DNA of 64,000 nucleotides from a virus (taxonomy: Duplodnaviria > Caudoviricetes), in the IMG/VR virus record IMGVR_UViG_2721755523_000003, positions 1 through 64,000 of that record, one strand, 5' to 3'. The stretch's first letter is position 1; every line of letters starts with the position of its first letter. A program made the position numbers and the translations under genes. The notes beneath the pieces are model-generated. The model was not told where the DNA came from and searched no databases. It was given only the letters and a program-made list of their open reading frames with translations. Positions 28,732 through 36,692 of the stretch are shown one piece after another.

Positions 28732-29111
28732 GCCCTGCCCTCTTTCAGCCGCTCCAGCCGCGCCACCAGCAGCGATGCGTGGCCCACCGTGCGCTCCAGC
28801 TCGCGCGTCAGCTTCGTGGCCTCGGTCACAGGGTCCAGCGGCATGGGCGGCGCGTAGCCTGCCTCATGCAGCAGATAGGCGGTCAGGCCGTGAAAGCCGA
28901 TCTCGCAGCACTTGCGCATCAGCAGCAGCAACTGGCCCGGGCTCAGCCGCTCGGCCCGGGCCGGGTTCAGCGCATCCAGCAGATAGCGCGCCGCCGCATC
29001 GGGCTGCTTTTCGGGGAACAGCAGTTCGCCCACCTTCTTCGGGCCACCGAGGTACTTCACAGCATCCTTGGCAGCCTCCAGCTCATCGTCGTAATTGAGT
29101 GCTGGGTCCAT
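28728..29111 (-). CDS. CII-like transcriptional regulator
   Basis: 127 aa, GGPKKVGELLFPEK...LNPARAERLS phage CII-family pattern; between cro and the replication genes. Confidence 0.7.
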   Translation of the reverse strand: MDPALNYDDELEAAKDAVKYLGGPKKVGELLFPEKQPDAAARYLLDALNPARAERLSPGQLLLLMRKCCEIGFHGLTAYLLHEAGYAPPMPLDPVTEATKLTRELERTVGHASLLVARLERLKEGRA

Positions 29112-29142
29112 GTTTCAGACCTCCAAAATCAGGGAAAACCCT

Positions 29143-29179
29143 TTCCGACGCGTTCCGAATTTGTCGGAACGCGTCGGAA
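29143..29179. promoter_or_regulatory. Palindrome of TTCC-N6-TTCC sites, copy 1 (CII-type)
   Basis: TTCCGACGCGTTCCGA-ATTTG-TCGGAACGCGTCGGAA, perfect 16-bp arms. Confidence 0.6.
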
Positions 29180-29290
29180 TGCCTGTATGGACAGGCTCTA
29201 CAGAGGAGAAAGTGGCTTGCGTCGGCCCAACGCCACGCAGCGGCCTGACGGACATCAAGGCCCTGTCCCCTCTTCTCCATAGGCAAACCG

Positions 29291-29327
29291 TTCCGACGCG
29301 TTCCGAAAAATTCGGAACGCGTCGGAA
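29291..29327. promoter_or_regulatory. Palindrome of TTCC-N6-TTCC sites, copy 2
   Basis: TTCCGACGCGTTCCGAA-AAA-TTCGGAACGCGTCGGAA, perfect 17-bp arms. Confidence 0.6.
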
Positions 29328-29480
29328 TGACTCAGCCAAGCAATACAGGGAGACTTCGATGCATGAACCAACGCACCGAACCCTCGCAAGAAAAAGCCGC
29401 CACGGCCCATGCCGGGCACGCGGCGGAAAATGCGCCAGGGGCAGCCCATAACCCAAGCACCCAGCCAATCGGAGATACCA

Positions 29481-29708
29481 ATGAGCGAACAGAACAGCAT
29501 CCCGTTGAATGCAGATTCCCTGAATGCCATCGTCAATGCACTGGGCGCGCTGGTCTTCGCCACCGTGCGGCAACTGCCTGCGGACAGGCAAGAGGCCTTT
29601 GCCATCGACCTGGCACGCTTGGCACGCAACGAAGAAAGGCAGGGCAATCTCATGACGGAGACGCTGCTGCTCGACATGCACCGCGCCGCCCGGGCTGCGG
29701 CGAACTGA
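29481..29708 (+). CDS. Small helical protein antisense to the early rightward operon
   Basis: 75 aa MSEQNSIPLNADSLNAIV... with GGAG RBS at 29471. Confidence 0.55.
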   Translation: MSEQNSIPLNADSLNAIVNALGALVFATVRQLPADRQEAFAIDLARLARNEERQGNLMTETLLLDMHRAARAAAN

Positions 29709-29758
29709 GCGCAGGCAACGTCAAGCGAAGGCACAAGCCTGTCGGTGAGCGCAGCCAC

Positions 29759-29998
29759 CTACTCGCCCTCGGGCAGCGCCGCGCTGGCCCGCTGGCAGCC
29801 CGCAGAGGCACTGATGTAATCGTCCAGGCTGTCGCGCAGAAACTGCGCGTGCTCCAGCGTGATCGCCACGCGCACCGTCGGCTGGCCCGGAATATCCAGT
29901 CCCAGGCCCAGGCGCTTGCGGCCTGGACAGACGGGGGTAACGTTGCGCACGTCCGCGTCAAGGTAGATGGCGGGCAGCAGGTTTATGGGCGAAGTCAT
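29759..29998 (-). CDS. Hypothetical phage protein
   Basis: 79 aa MTSPINLLPAIY..., ATGA overlap with the upstream ORF. Confidence 0.45.
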   Translation of the reverse strand: MTSPINLLPAIYLDADVRNVTPVCPGRKRLGLGLDIPGQPTVRVAITLEHAQFLRDSLDDYISASAGCQRASAALPEGE

Positions 29999-30246
29999 CG
30001 CTTTGCACCTCCTGCAGGGTGGAACTGCCGCGTAGCGCACCACTCACGCCAGCGCTGCTCCAGTCCATCAGCCGGAACCGTGTGTACCTCGCGGATGGAT
30101 ACCGCGTCGAACGCTGCGGCCACCTCTCTGATGTCTGGAAAAGGGCATTCTTTGCTGAGCGCCTTCGGCGCGGCCCTGCTGACCCCAAACCATGGCAGGG
30201 CCAACGCGCCAAGCAGCAGGCGGCGGCGGGTGACGCTGTTACGCAT
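29995..30246 (-). CDS. Hypothetical protein with RRR-hydrophobic (Tat-like) N-terminus
   Basis: MRNSVTRRRLLLGALALPWFG...; coupled to cro. Confidence 0.45.
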   Translation of the reverse strand: MRNSVTRRRLLLGALALPWFGVSRAAPKALSKECPFPDIREVAAAFDAVSIREVHTVPADGLEQRWREWCATRQFHPAGGAKR

Positions 30247-30463
30247 GTGCAGCCCCAATCTCGGCGGTTCTGGGATTCACCAGCTCGCGCAAGCCCACCT
30301 CGCCCTGCGTCAGCACCTCTATCTGCAGCGCCTCTTCCAGGCTCACACGCCGCGTGCCACGCAGCCAGTGATTGACCTTTCCGGCGCTGACGGGGGGGTC
30401 CAGGCGCTGCCCGAAGGAAGCCATGGTGATGCCATGCACTTGAAGGTAAGTCTTGAGCTTCAT
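30239..30463 (-). CDS. Cro/YdaS-like repressor
   Basis: 74 aa HTH, VSAGKVNHWLRGTRRVS; divergent from cI. Confidence 0.8.
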   Translation of the reverse strand: MKLKTYLQVHGITMASFGQRLDPPVSAGKVNHWLRGTRRVSLEEALQIEVLTQGEVGLRELVNPRTAEIGAAHA

Positions 30464-30465
30464 AG

Positions 30466-30493
30466 ATCCATTATGGATCAATCCACAATGGAT
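30466..30493. promoter_or_regulatory. OR-like operators ATCCA-N3-TGGAT (two copies)
   Basis: ATCCATTATGGAT at 30466-30478 and ATCCACAATGGAT at 30481-30493, between cro and cI. Confidence 0.8.
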
Positions 30494-30556
30494 CACAACG
30501 AAATGGACTCCGTTTTGTGCATTCCCTCCCCGGAGACTGATTGGGACACTATCCCC

Positions 30557-30955
30557 ATGGAAACATGGACAGACAGGGCCAAGGCCCGCATGCGCGAACT
30601 TGGCGTGTCTCAGGAGCGCCTTGCAGAGCAGTTCGGCATGACCCCGGCAGGCATGCAGAAGTGGCTGGCAGGGACTCGGCAGCCCGCGTTTGAAGAAATC
30701 AACCAGATTGCGGATCGCCTAGGTGTGCCGCGCACTTGGCTGACTTATGGCACAGACCCAAACGACTCAACAGATGGGCTCACAGATCCCGCTAAAACGG
30801 TTCTGCGCAAGCTGATCTCAATGGAAAGGGCCGGCCGGATGCCAGAAACCCTCTGGGATGCGATCGGCTTACTGGCGACCGCAGTGGCTCCGCTGCCTGA
30901 CGAAACCGCCCAGGTCAAAAGTCCTGCCGAAACGAAGAACGGCACAACAAACTAG
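30557..30955 (+). CDS. CI-like repressor (XRE HTH) without an S24 peptidase domain
   Basis: 132 aa, VSQERLAEQFGMTPAGMQKWLAG HTH; short non-peptidase C-terminus. Confidence 0.8.
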   Translation: METWTDRAKARMRELGVSQERLAEQFGMTPAGMQKWLAGTRQPAFEEINQIADRLGVPRTWLTYGTDPNDSTDGLTDPAKTVLRKLISMERAGRMPETLWDAIGLLATAVAPLPDETAQVKSPAETKNGTTN

Positions 30956-31023
30956 AGCGCCGCCTGGCCAAGGCAGCGCCAAGATCTATCAGTTCTCAAG
31001 ACAGCCATCAGGAGGGAGTTCCG

Positions 31024-31503
31024 ATGACACAAAGTAAGCACTGCCTCAAATGCGGGGCGTCCACAGCATTCAGTGACGAGCCACCGCTTGCCTGCCCCAC
31101 TTGCGGCGCGGTCTACAGCAAGGTCGAGCAGGCATGGCGAGAAGGACAACCCACCCGCCCTCAGCCGACGTCACGCTCCACCTCGACAACACGGCAACAT
31201 CGGGACGCAGATCACCACGCCTTTGCAGCCAGGCTTAGAGAAGAAAGCATCTACCCAACATTTCGTGCTGTTGTGAAGATCGCCTACTGGCTGGGAGTGG
31301 CACTGGCCGTCCTCATCGTGGTGGGCGGGATCTTCACATCGTTCAGTACAGGAGCTGGTGCTTTTATTGGAGGCATCGTTGTTGGCGCACTCGTGTTCGT
31401 CCTCGCCAAGGTAGCCAAGGAGATGAGCCTGATGCTGGCCGATCTGAGCGATGCCACCGTCAGATCCGCAGCTCAGGCAGAGGCATCACGTCAGTCAAGC
31501 TGA
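31024..31503 (+). CDS. Zinc-ribbon plus two-TM membrane protein in the immunity region
   Basis: CLKC...CPTC followed by two hydrophobic helices; AGGAGGG RBS; downstream of cI. Confidence 0.75.
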   Translation: MTQSKHCLKCGASTAFSDEPPLACPTCGAVYSKVEQAWREGQPTRPQPTSRSTSTTRQHRDADHHAFAARLREESIYPTFRAVVKIAYWLGVALAVLIVVGGIFTSFSTGAGAFIGGIVVGALVFVLAKVAKEMSLMLADLSDATVRSAAQAEASRQSS

Positions 31504-31521
31504 GCTGACGCGCGGAATAAA

Positions 31522-31561
31522 ATCCAAAATGGATTGACACAAATAATCCAATTTGGATAAT
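31522..31561 (+). promoter_or_regulatory. PL-like promoter with two OL operators
   Basis: TTGACA at 31534-31539 and GATAAT at 31556-31561, overlapped by ATCCAAAATGGAT (31522-31534) and ATCCAATTTGGAT (31546-31558). Confidence 0.8.
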
Positions 31562-31596
31562 CACCTCCAACACCCATCCCGGGTGCTGGAGGTTCC

Positions 31597-31827
31597 ATGT
31601 CCCTTGCCCCTCTTCTGGCGCTCCATGAAGCGCTGCAGGAAGCCGAGCAGTTCATCGCCGGCTTCGAAAACGATCCCCATCAAGAAACCGACATCGGCCG
31701 CCTGCTGAAGAAGCTGCGCGGCCAGCTCGACGTCACCCGCCTGGTCGTCGACGTCACGCGCGCCCAGGCTGCAGCCGATGCTGCCGGTGCCGTGCTGACG
31801 GGCGCTGAAATGCGGGGTGCGGCATGA
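31597..31827 (+). CDS. Hypothetical early protein
   Basis: 76 aa, GGAGG RBS, first gene after PL. Confidence 0.65.
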   Translation: MSLAPLLALHEALQEAEQFIAGFENDPHQETDIGRLLKKLRGQLDVTRLVVDVTRAQAAADAAGAVLTGAEMRGAA

Positions 31828-32969
31828 GCGTGCAGCCCATCCTCGATCTGGTGGCCCACCTCACGGGCGGCGCTCGCAGCCCCGACCACGACCTGCTGCT
31901 GTCATGGCTGGCCTACCCGCTGCAGCATCCCACTGGCAGATTGACCAAGGCTCTGGTGCTGCATGGGCCGCAAGGCAACGGCCAAGGCACCCTGCTGGAA
32001 ACCATGGCCCGCATCCATGGCAGCGCCTACCTCTCGCTGGGCAGTGCGCAAAGGCTGCTGGACAGCGGCAACGCAGTGCTGGCCGGCAAGCGCCTGGTGG
32101 TGTTCGACAAGGCTCCGCAGGGTGAGGCCACCCATGACGCCCTGGCGCAGCTGCTTGATTCACTCACCCTGCATATCACACGCAAGGGCCACGCCCCTCG
32201 CACCGAGCCCAATCGCCTGAACCTGCTGTTCGCGTGCCGCGACAAGTCCACTCAGGGCTGGTCACCGGCCCGATTTCTCACCATAGAAACCGCGCCGCCG
32301 CGCGAGCCTGAGTTCTACCGCGCCCTGATCAACTGGCGGGCGACGGAGGGCCATGTGGAGTTCGCTCAGTACTTGCTCCAGTACCCCATCAGTGCCGCCT
32401 TCCTGGCCAGCTGTACGCTGGCAGAAGGCGCCGCCGCAGCGATGCCCGAGGCAGCACCCATCCGCACAGCCACGCTGGCCGAAGTGCTGGACCGCGCCAG
32501 CGCCACGATCTGGGACGCCGAGCGCACTCTGGACAGGCTCTCCGAAGGTTCTCCGCTGTGGAACCACTGGTATGGCCGCATGTGCGGTCTGTACACGCTG
32601 CTGCAGTGCTGTGGCGCCCTGCCCGTCGGGCCGTTCGGCCGCTCAGCCCATGAGCTGCAGGGCCTGCTCAAGGCTGCCCGCCCCCAGCTTCCCGGTGGCT
32701 TTGAAACCTACCCGGTCTTTGAGGCGCACCAGTGGCTCATGGAGCATGGAATTCAGGCGTCCGCTGATGAAGTCCCCCACCTGCAGCGCCACCTGGTCGC
32801 AGGGCTGATCAAGCAGAAACAGGTTGTAGAACCCGCCACTGGTGGCGTGCACCACGAACTGCTCGCCGTCAACGCTGATTTGCAAAATTCGGCCAATCCA
32901 CATTCGACCAGTGTAGGGCGTTCACCGCAGGGGGAAACCACAGCCCATGGAGACCAGCCATGGAACTGA
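31824..32969 (+). CDS. DUF5906-like NTPase paralog with degenerate Walker A, plus unknown C-terminal domain
   Basis: WLAYPLQHP shared with the 26016 helicase; P-loop reads HGPQGNGQGT. Confidence 0.7.
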   Translation: MSVQPILDLVAHLTGGARSPDHDLLLSWLAYPLQHPTGRLTKALVLHGPQGNGQGTLLETMARIHGSAYLSLGSAQRLLDSGNAVLAGKRLVVFDKAPQGEATHDALAQLLDSLTLHITRKGHAPRTEPNRLNLLFACRDKSTQGWSPARFLTIETAPPREPEFYRALINWRATEGHVEFAQYLLQYPISAAFLASCTLAEGAAAAMPEAAPIRTATLAEVLDRASATIWDAERTLDRLSEGSPLWNHWYGRMCGLYTLLQCCGALPVGPFGRSAHELQGLLKAARPQLPGGFETYPVFEAHQWLMEHGIQASADEVPHLQRHLVAGLIKQKQVVEPATGGVHHELLAVNADLQNSANPHSTSVGRSPQGETTAHGDQPWN

Positions 32970-33097
32970 AAACCTTCCGCGTGCGCGTGGCCGGCCGCAG
33001 CTTCACCGGCGCCTACCTGAGCGGCGCCCTGGCCGTGGCCCTGGCGCAGTGCTTCTACCGCGTGCACAACGCATCGGCCATCAGGGTGCAGCCATGA
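32960..33097 (+). CDS. Small early protein (45 aa)
   Basis: Manual translation MELKTFRVRVAGRSFTGAYL...; GGAG RBS; ATGA coupling downstream. Confidence 0.5.
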   Translation: MELKTFRVRVAGRSFTGAYLSGALAVALAQCFYRVHNASAIRVQP

Positions 33098-33255
33098 ACA
33101 CGCGCCGCATTGAACTGGACGGCCCGCACCGCAGCCGCCTGCACCAGCGCCGCGTGCGCCGGCAACTGTGGGCCCTGGGCATCCTGGCCGCAGCGCTGAT
33201 CTGCAGCCCCTGCATCGCCCTGCTGATCCACAGCTTGGCCGGAGGCACGCCATGA
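33094..33255 (+). CDS. Small early membrane protein (53 aa)
   Basis: MNTRRIELDG...LWALGILAAALICSPCIALLI; ATGA overlaps on both sides. Confidence 0.5.
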   Translation: MNTRRIELDGPHRSRLHQRRVRRQLWALGILAAALICSPCIALLIHSLAGGTP

Positions 33256-33557
33256 CCATGGAGCTGCGCATCCACGGCCAGGTCACCGCCTGCATCTGCC
33301 GCACCACGACCGATGGCCGGCCGCTACTGGAGGTGGAGTTGAAGACGCCAGACGGCCAAGCCGTGCATGCGCGGCACATCTACCCCGACGACACCGCCGC
33401 CAGCAGCCACGCGGCCATGACGCTGGCGCGCCAGCTCAAGGGCCAGCAAGCCGAGCTGTACACCACCAATCCACGATTCACCTGGCAGCGCATGGACTGC
33501 CTGGCGCAGCACATCCGCGCCACGTCCACGCCCTGCCCTCGCAAGGATCTCGCATGA
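33252..33557 (+). CDS. Hypothetical early protein (OB-fold-like)
   Basis: 101 aa MTMELRIHGQV; ATGA coupling. Confidence 0.55.
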   Translation: MTMELRIHGQVTACICRTTTDGRPLLEVELKTPDGQAVHARHIYPDDTAASSHAAMTLARQLKGQQAELYTTNPRFTWQRMDCLAQHIRATSTPCPRKDLA

Positions 33558-33844
33558 AACCCGCCCTGACCTCCATCGCTCACGGCAACGGCTTCGGCAC
33601 ACGCAGCAGCCGTGGCTCGGACCTGCAGCAGCCCACCCCCACGCCCAAGGCGCTGCGCCAACGCAGCATGCGCGAGCGCGTGGCCACGCCCGCCAACGAC
33701 CTGCCCATCCGCAACAGCACCGTCACCACTGCGGCCTACAAATTCCCCGAGCTGAATGCATCGGTCCGCCCCGGCGCCATGGACGCCTTCGCCCTGCCCA
33801 GCGTTGTCATGGGCGAGCGCATCTACCGCAAGGCACGGCCATGA
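33554..33844 (+). CDS. Hypothetical early protein
   Basis: 96 aa; ATGA coupling. Confidence 0.55.
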   Translation: MKPALTSIAHGNGFGTRSSRGSDLQQPTPTPKALRQRSMRERVATPANDLPIRNSTVTTAAYKFPELNASVRPGAMDAFALPSVVMGERIYRKARP

Positions 33845-34074
33845 CCAGCACCGCCGCATGCAAGGCCTGCACGCACTGGCTGCCTGACACCAGCGATCCG
33901 CGCATGGTGCGCCTGGGCTTCGCCCAATGCGCCAGACACCTGATGCCGGGCCGCACCTTCAACGCCGATTCGCGCTGCGACCAGTTCAGCGCCATGCCCG
34001 CCGACCAGCTCGCCGCGCGCCGTGAGGTCGCCGTGCAGCGCGTTCGCCAGCTCAAGCACAAGGAGGTGCGCTGA
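33841..34074 (+). CDS. Small Cys-containing early protein
   Basis: 77 aa CKACTHW...C...C; coupled to the ParB-like gene. Confidence 0.55.
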   Translation: MTSTAACKACTHWLPDTSDPRMVRLGFAQCARHLMPGRTFNADSRCDQFSAMPADQLAARREVAVQRVRQLKHKEVR

Positions 34075-36011
34075 TGGCACCCAAGACCAAAGACCCACTG
34101 ATCCAGCGCGAAGTGGTGATCAGCGCCGAGGCCACAGGCAAGGGTGGCAAGCCGCATCCCCAGGCCGGCCAGCGCGGCAAGGTGATCGGCAAGACGCCCG
34201 GCGGGCGGCAGTACCAGATCGCCGTGGGCGACAGCTTGGTCAACCTGCCCATGGATGCCTTCGAGGTCGTGCAGGCCGAGCGCGAGGACAGCGCTGACGC
34301 CGGAGCGATCGTGCACCCCACGCTGCCCCTCGCCCAAATCGCGCCCAGCCGCACGAATCGCAGGGTGATCGAGGACGACGCACTCCACGACATGGCCGCC
34401 ACCATGAAGCTGTACGGCGTGCTGCAGCCCCTGCTGCTGCGCCGCCTGCCGGCCGAGCGCCTGCAGGACACCTTCGAGGACGAAGCCACGCGCCGCGCCA
34501 CGCACGAAATCATTGCGGGTGAGCGCCGGTACCGCGCCGCCCAGATCGCGGGCCTGCGCGTGGTGCCGTACATCGAGCGCGACGCGGATAACATGCACGC
34601 GCTGCTGATGCAGCTGATCGAGAACCTGCACCGCAGCGACCTCACGCCCCTGCAGGAGGCCCTGGGCGTACAGCGCCTGACCCTGGACCACGGCCTCTCG
34701 ATCGACGGCGCCGCCGAGGCCCTGCACAAGAGCCGCACCCACGTCTTTGAATCGCTTCGCCTGCTCACGCTGTGCCCCGAGGCTACAGCCGCCCTGGCCG
34801 CGCGCACACTGACGCGCAGCGTGGCCCTGCTGGTAGCCCAGCGCCCTACCGAGGCCATCCAGACCGAATACACCAAGCGCGTGCTCACGGGCGGCCCTGA
34901 TGGTGGCCCCATGAGCTATCGCAACGCCCTGGACCTGGCGCGACGCAGCTACATGCTCAAGCTGGACCAAGCCCCCTTTGCACTGGACGATGCCACGCTG
35001 TGCCCGAACGCCGGCGCCTGCGCGGTCTGCCCCAAGCACACCGGCGCGTCGCCCGAACTGTGGGACAAGAACGATGCAGACGTCTGTACCGACACCGCCT
35101 GCTTCGCAGAAAAGAAGGACGCCCACTTCGACCGCATGAAGGCCCAGGCCCAGCAGCGCGGCCAGCAGATCATCACCGGCCGCCAGGCGCGCGACATCAT
35201 GCCCAGCGAGAACGGCGCACCACGCGGCTACCTGCTGCTGGACAAGCCCAGCCAGGGCAGCAGCGCGCCCGTGCGCCAGGTGCTGGGCCAGGACGTGCCG
35301 GCGGCCAGCGTCGTGCTGATCGAGGCGCCCAGCGGCAACCTGGTGGAAGCCGTGCCCACGCACACCGCCAGCGCGGCGGTGAAGGTCAAGGGCGAGCGCC
35401 AGGCGGCTGCCAAGGCCCAGGCCGAGCCCACGCGGGAAGCGCTGCAGCGCGAGTACGAAATGCGCTGGCGCGAGCGCGCGGCCGAGGCAACGATCGACGG
35501 GCTCCTGCGACTTCCCCCTGCGGATCTGGACCACATGCCCAGCCGCGCGGCCCTGCTGATCCTCAAGCTGCTGGCCGAAGGCGTGCCCACCCAGCACCTC
35601 CACCGCATGTTCCAGATCGACGGCAACGACAGCCGCGCAGACCTGGACCTACAGAGCGCACTGGAGGATCTGGCCGAGCAGGATCTGCAAGCGCAAATCC
35701 AGTACATGCTGATGATGGCCTGCACGCACGACCTACACACGGCCACTCCTATCTTCGACGAGATGGTGGACCTATCCGGCGTGGATCTCGACTCGATCCA
35801 GGGCGAGGTGCAAGACGCGATGAAAGCCGAGGCCGCAGCGCGCGCCGGCAAGGCAGCACCCTCAGACAAGGCCACGCCCAAGCTCAAGAAGGGCAAGGCC
35901 ACGGCCGCAGAGGCCAGCCGCGCAATCGCCGACGCAATGGCCGCCGCAGAGGTATCCATCCCCAACGCCATCGGGCCGCTGCAGCAGGTAAGCACCCGCG
36001 CGGAAATCTAA
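34074..36011 (+). CDS. ParB/Spo0J-family protein
   Basis: GVLQPLLLR, IIAGERRYRAA and IENLHRSDLTPLQEA ParB motifs, HTH, Cys cluster CPNAGACAVCPKHTG...CTDTACF. Confidence 0.85.
   Translation: MAPKTKDPLIQREVVISAEATGKGGKPHPQAGQRGKVIGKTPGGRQYQIAVGDSLVNLPMDAFEVVQAEREDSADAGAIVHPTLPLAQIAPSRTNRRVIEDDALHDMAATMKLYGVLQPLLLRRLPAERLQDTFEDEATRRATHEIIAGERRYRAAQIAGLRVVPYIERDADNMHALLMQLIENLHRSDLTPLQEALGVQRLTLDHGLSIDGAAEALHKSRTHVFESLRLLTLCPEATAALAARTLTRSVALLVAQRPTEAIQTEYTKRVLTGGPDGGPMSYRNALDLARRSYMLKLDQAPFALDDATLCPNAGACAVCPKHTGASPELWDKNDADVCTDTACFAEKKDAHFDRMKAQAQQRGQQIITGRQARDIMPSENGAPRGYLLLDKPSQGSSAPVRQVLGQDVPAASVVLIEAPSGNLVEAVPTHTASAAVKVKGERQAAAKAQAEPTREALQREYEMRWRERAAEATIDGLLRLPPADLDHMPSRAALLILKLLAEGVPTQHLHRMFQIDGNDSRADLDLQSALEDLAEQDLQAQIQYMLMMACTHDLHTATPIFDEMVDLSGVDLDSIQGEVQDAMKAEAAARAGKAAPSDKATPKLKKGKATAAEASRAIADAMAAAEVSIPNAIGPLQQVSTRAEI
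35074..35089. promoter_or_regulatory. 16-bp palindrome copy 3 (ATGCAGACGTCTGTAC) inside the parB-like gene
   Basis: 15/16 match to GTRCAGACGTCTGYAC. Confidence 0.5.
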
Positions 36012-36173
36012 AAAAGTCTGCCCTTCAATAAAAATTCTATCGCCAAATTCAATTTAACAAAACTACAGCAGCCTCCATAACTTTCTTACCACATAAACAA
36101 TTTCTTCAAAAATCCTCTTTTAAACACCAGAAAAACAAATAGGACCTAAAGATCCATATATTTGGAGAACACT

Positions 36174-36560
36174 ATGAATAAAGCGCAAACAGAAATATTA
36201 ACCGTCTCCGATCTGGCAGAAATATTAAACTGCGACGCAGAAACTGTTGCAACACGTCTTATTAGCGGTGATCTACCAGGTACAAAGATTGGCCGCGGCT
36301 GGATAATACCCACTCAAGCACTTCTCGAACGTTTGAATGAAAAGGCACTTGATGAATCGGCCGAACGTCGGCAAGAAAGAGATATAACCCAATATACGTT
36401 GAGCACCGAAATAATAAAAAAACCCAAAAATAGATACTCGAAAAATCCAGGGATAACAAAAAACAGTTCAATACTAACAAGTAATGAGACCAACCGAGGG
36501 AAAAAACGTCGCGAACCACCGCCTCTCCCAAGGTTGGAATCAATAGTAATTACCAATTAA
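36174..36560 (+). CDS. Excisionase-like HTH protein
   Basis: ILTVSDLAEILNCDAETV...LPGTKIGRGWII HTH_17/Xis motif; AT-rich. Confidence 0.75.
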   Translation: MNKAQTEILTVSDLAEILNCDAETVATRLISGDLPGTKIGRGWIIPTQALLERLNEKALDESAERRQERDITQYTLSTEIIKKPKNRYSKNPGITKNSSILTSNETNRGKKRREPPPLPRLESIVITN

Positions 36561-36692
36561 AAAATGCAAGAGGAAATTTCCCGATCTGTGGCTGCTTATC
36601 AAGATTACAGAATCCACAAATAATGCAGCAATTCCACCTTAAAATATTCCCCAAAATATCAGAAATTAATGCAATTGCAATTTACTTGAAAT

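Noticed and set aside
29183-29194. CTGTATGGACAG as a possible SOS box in the prophage
   Set aside because: Spacing is CTGT-N4-ACAG, not N8
29115-29681. 188-aa minus-strand ORF upstream of cII
   Set aside because: Runs through the regulatory palindromes and is antisense to the RBS-bearing 29481-29708 ORF; judged non-coding
29327-30556. Upstream 410 codons of the 542-aa ORF ending in cI
   Set aside because: Overlaps cro and other genes on the opposite strand; only the HTH part from 30557 looks coding
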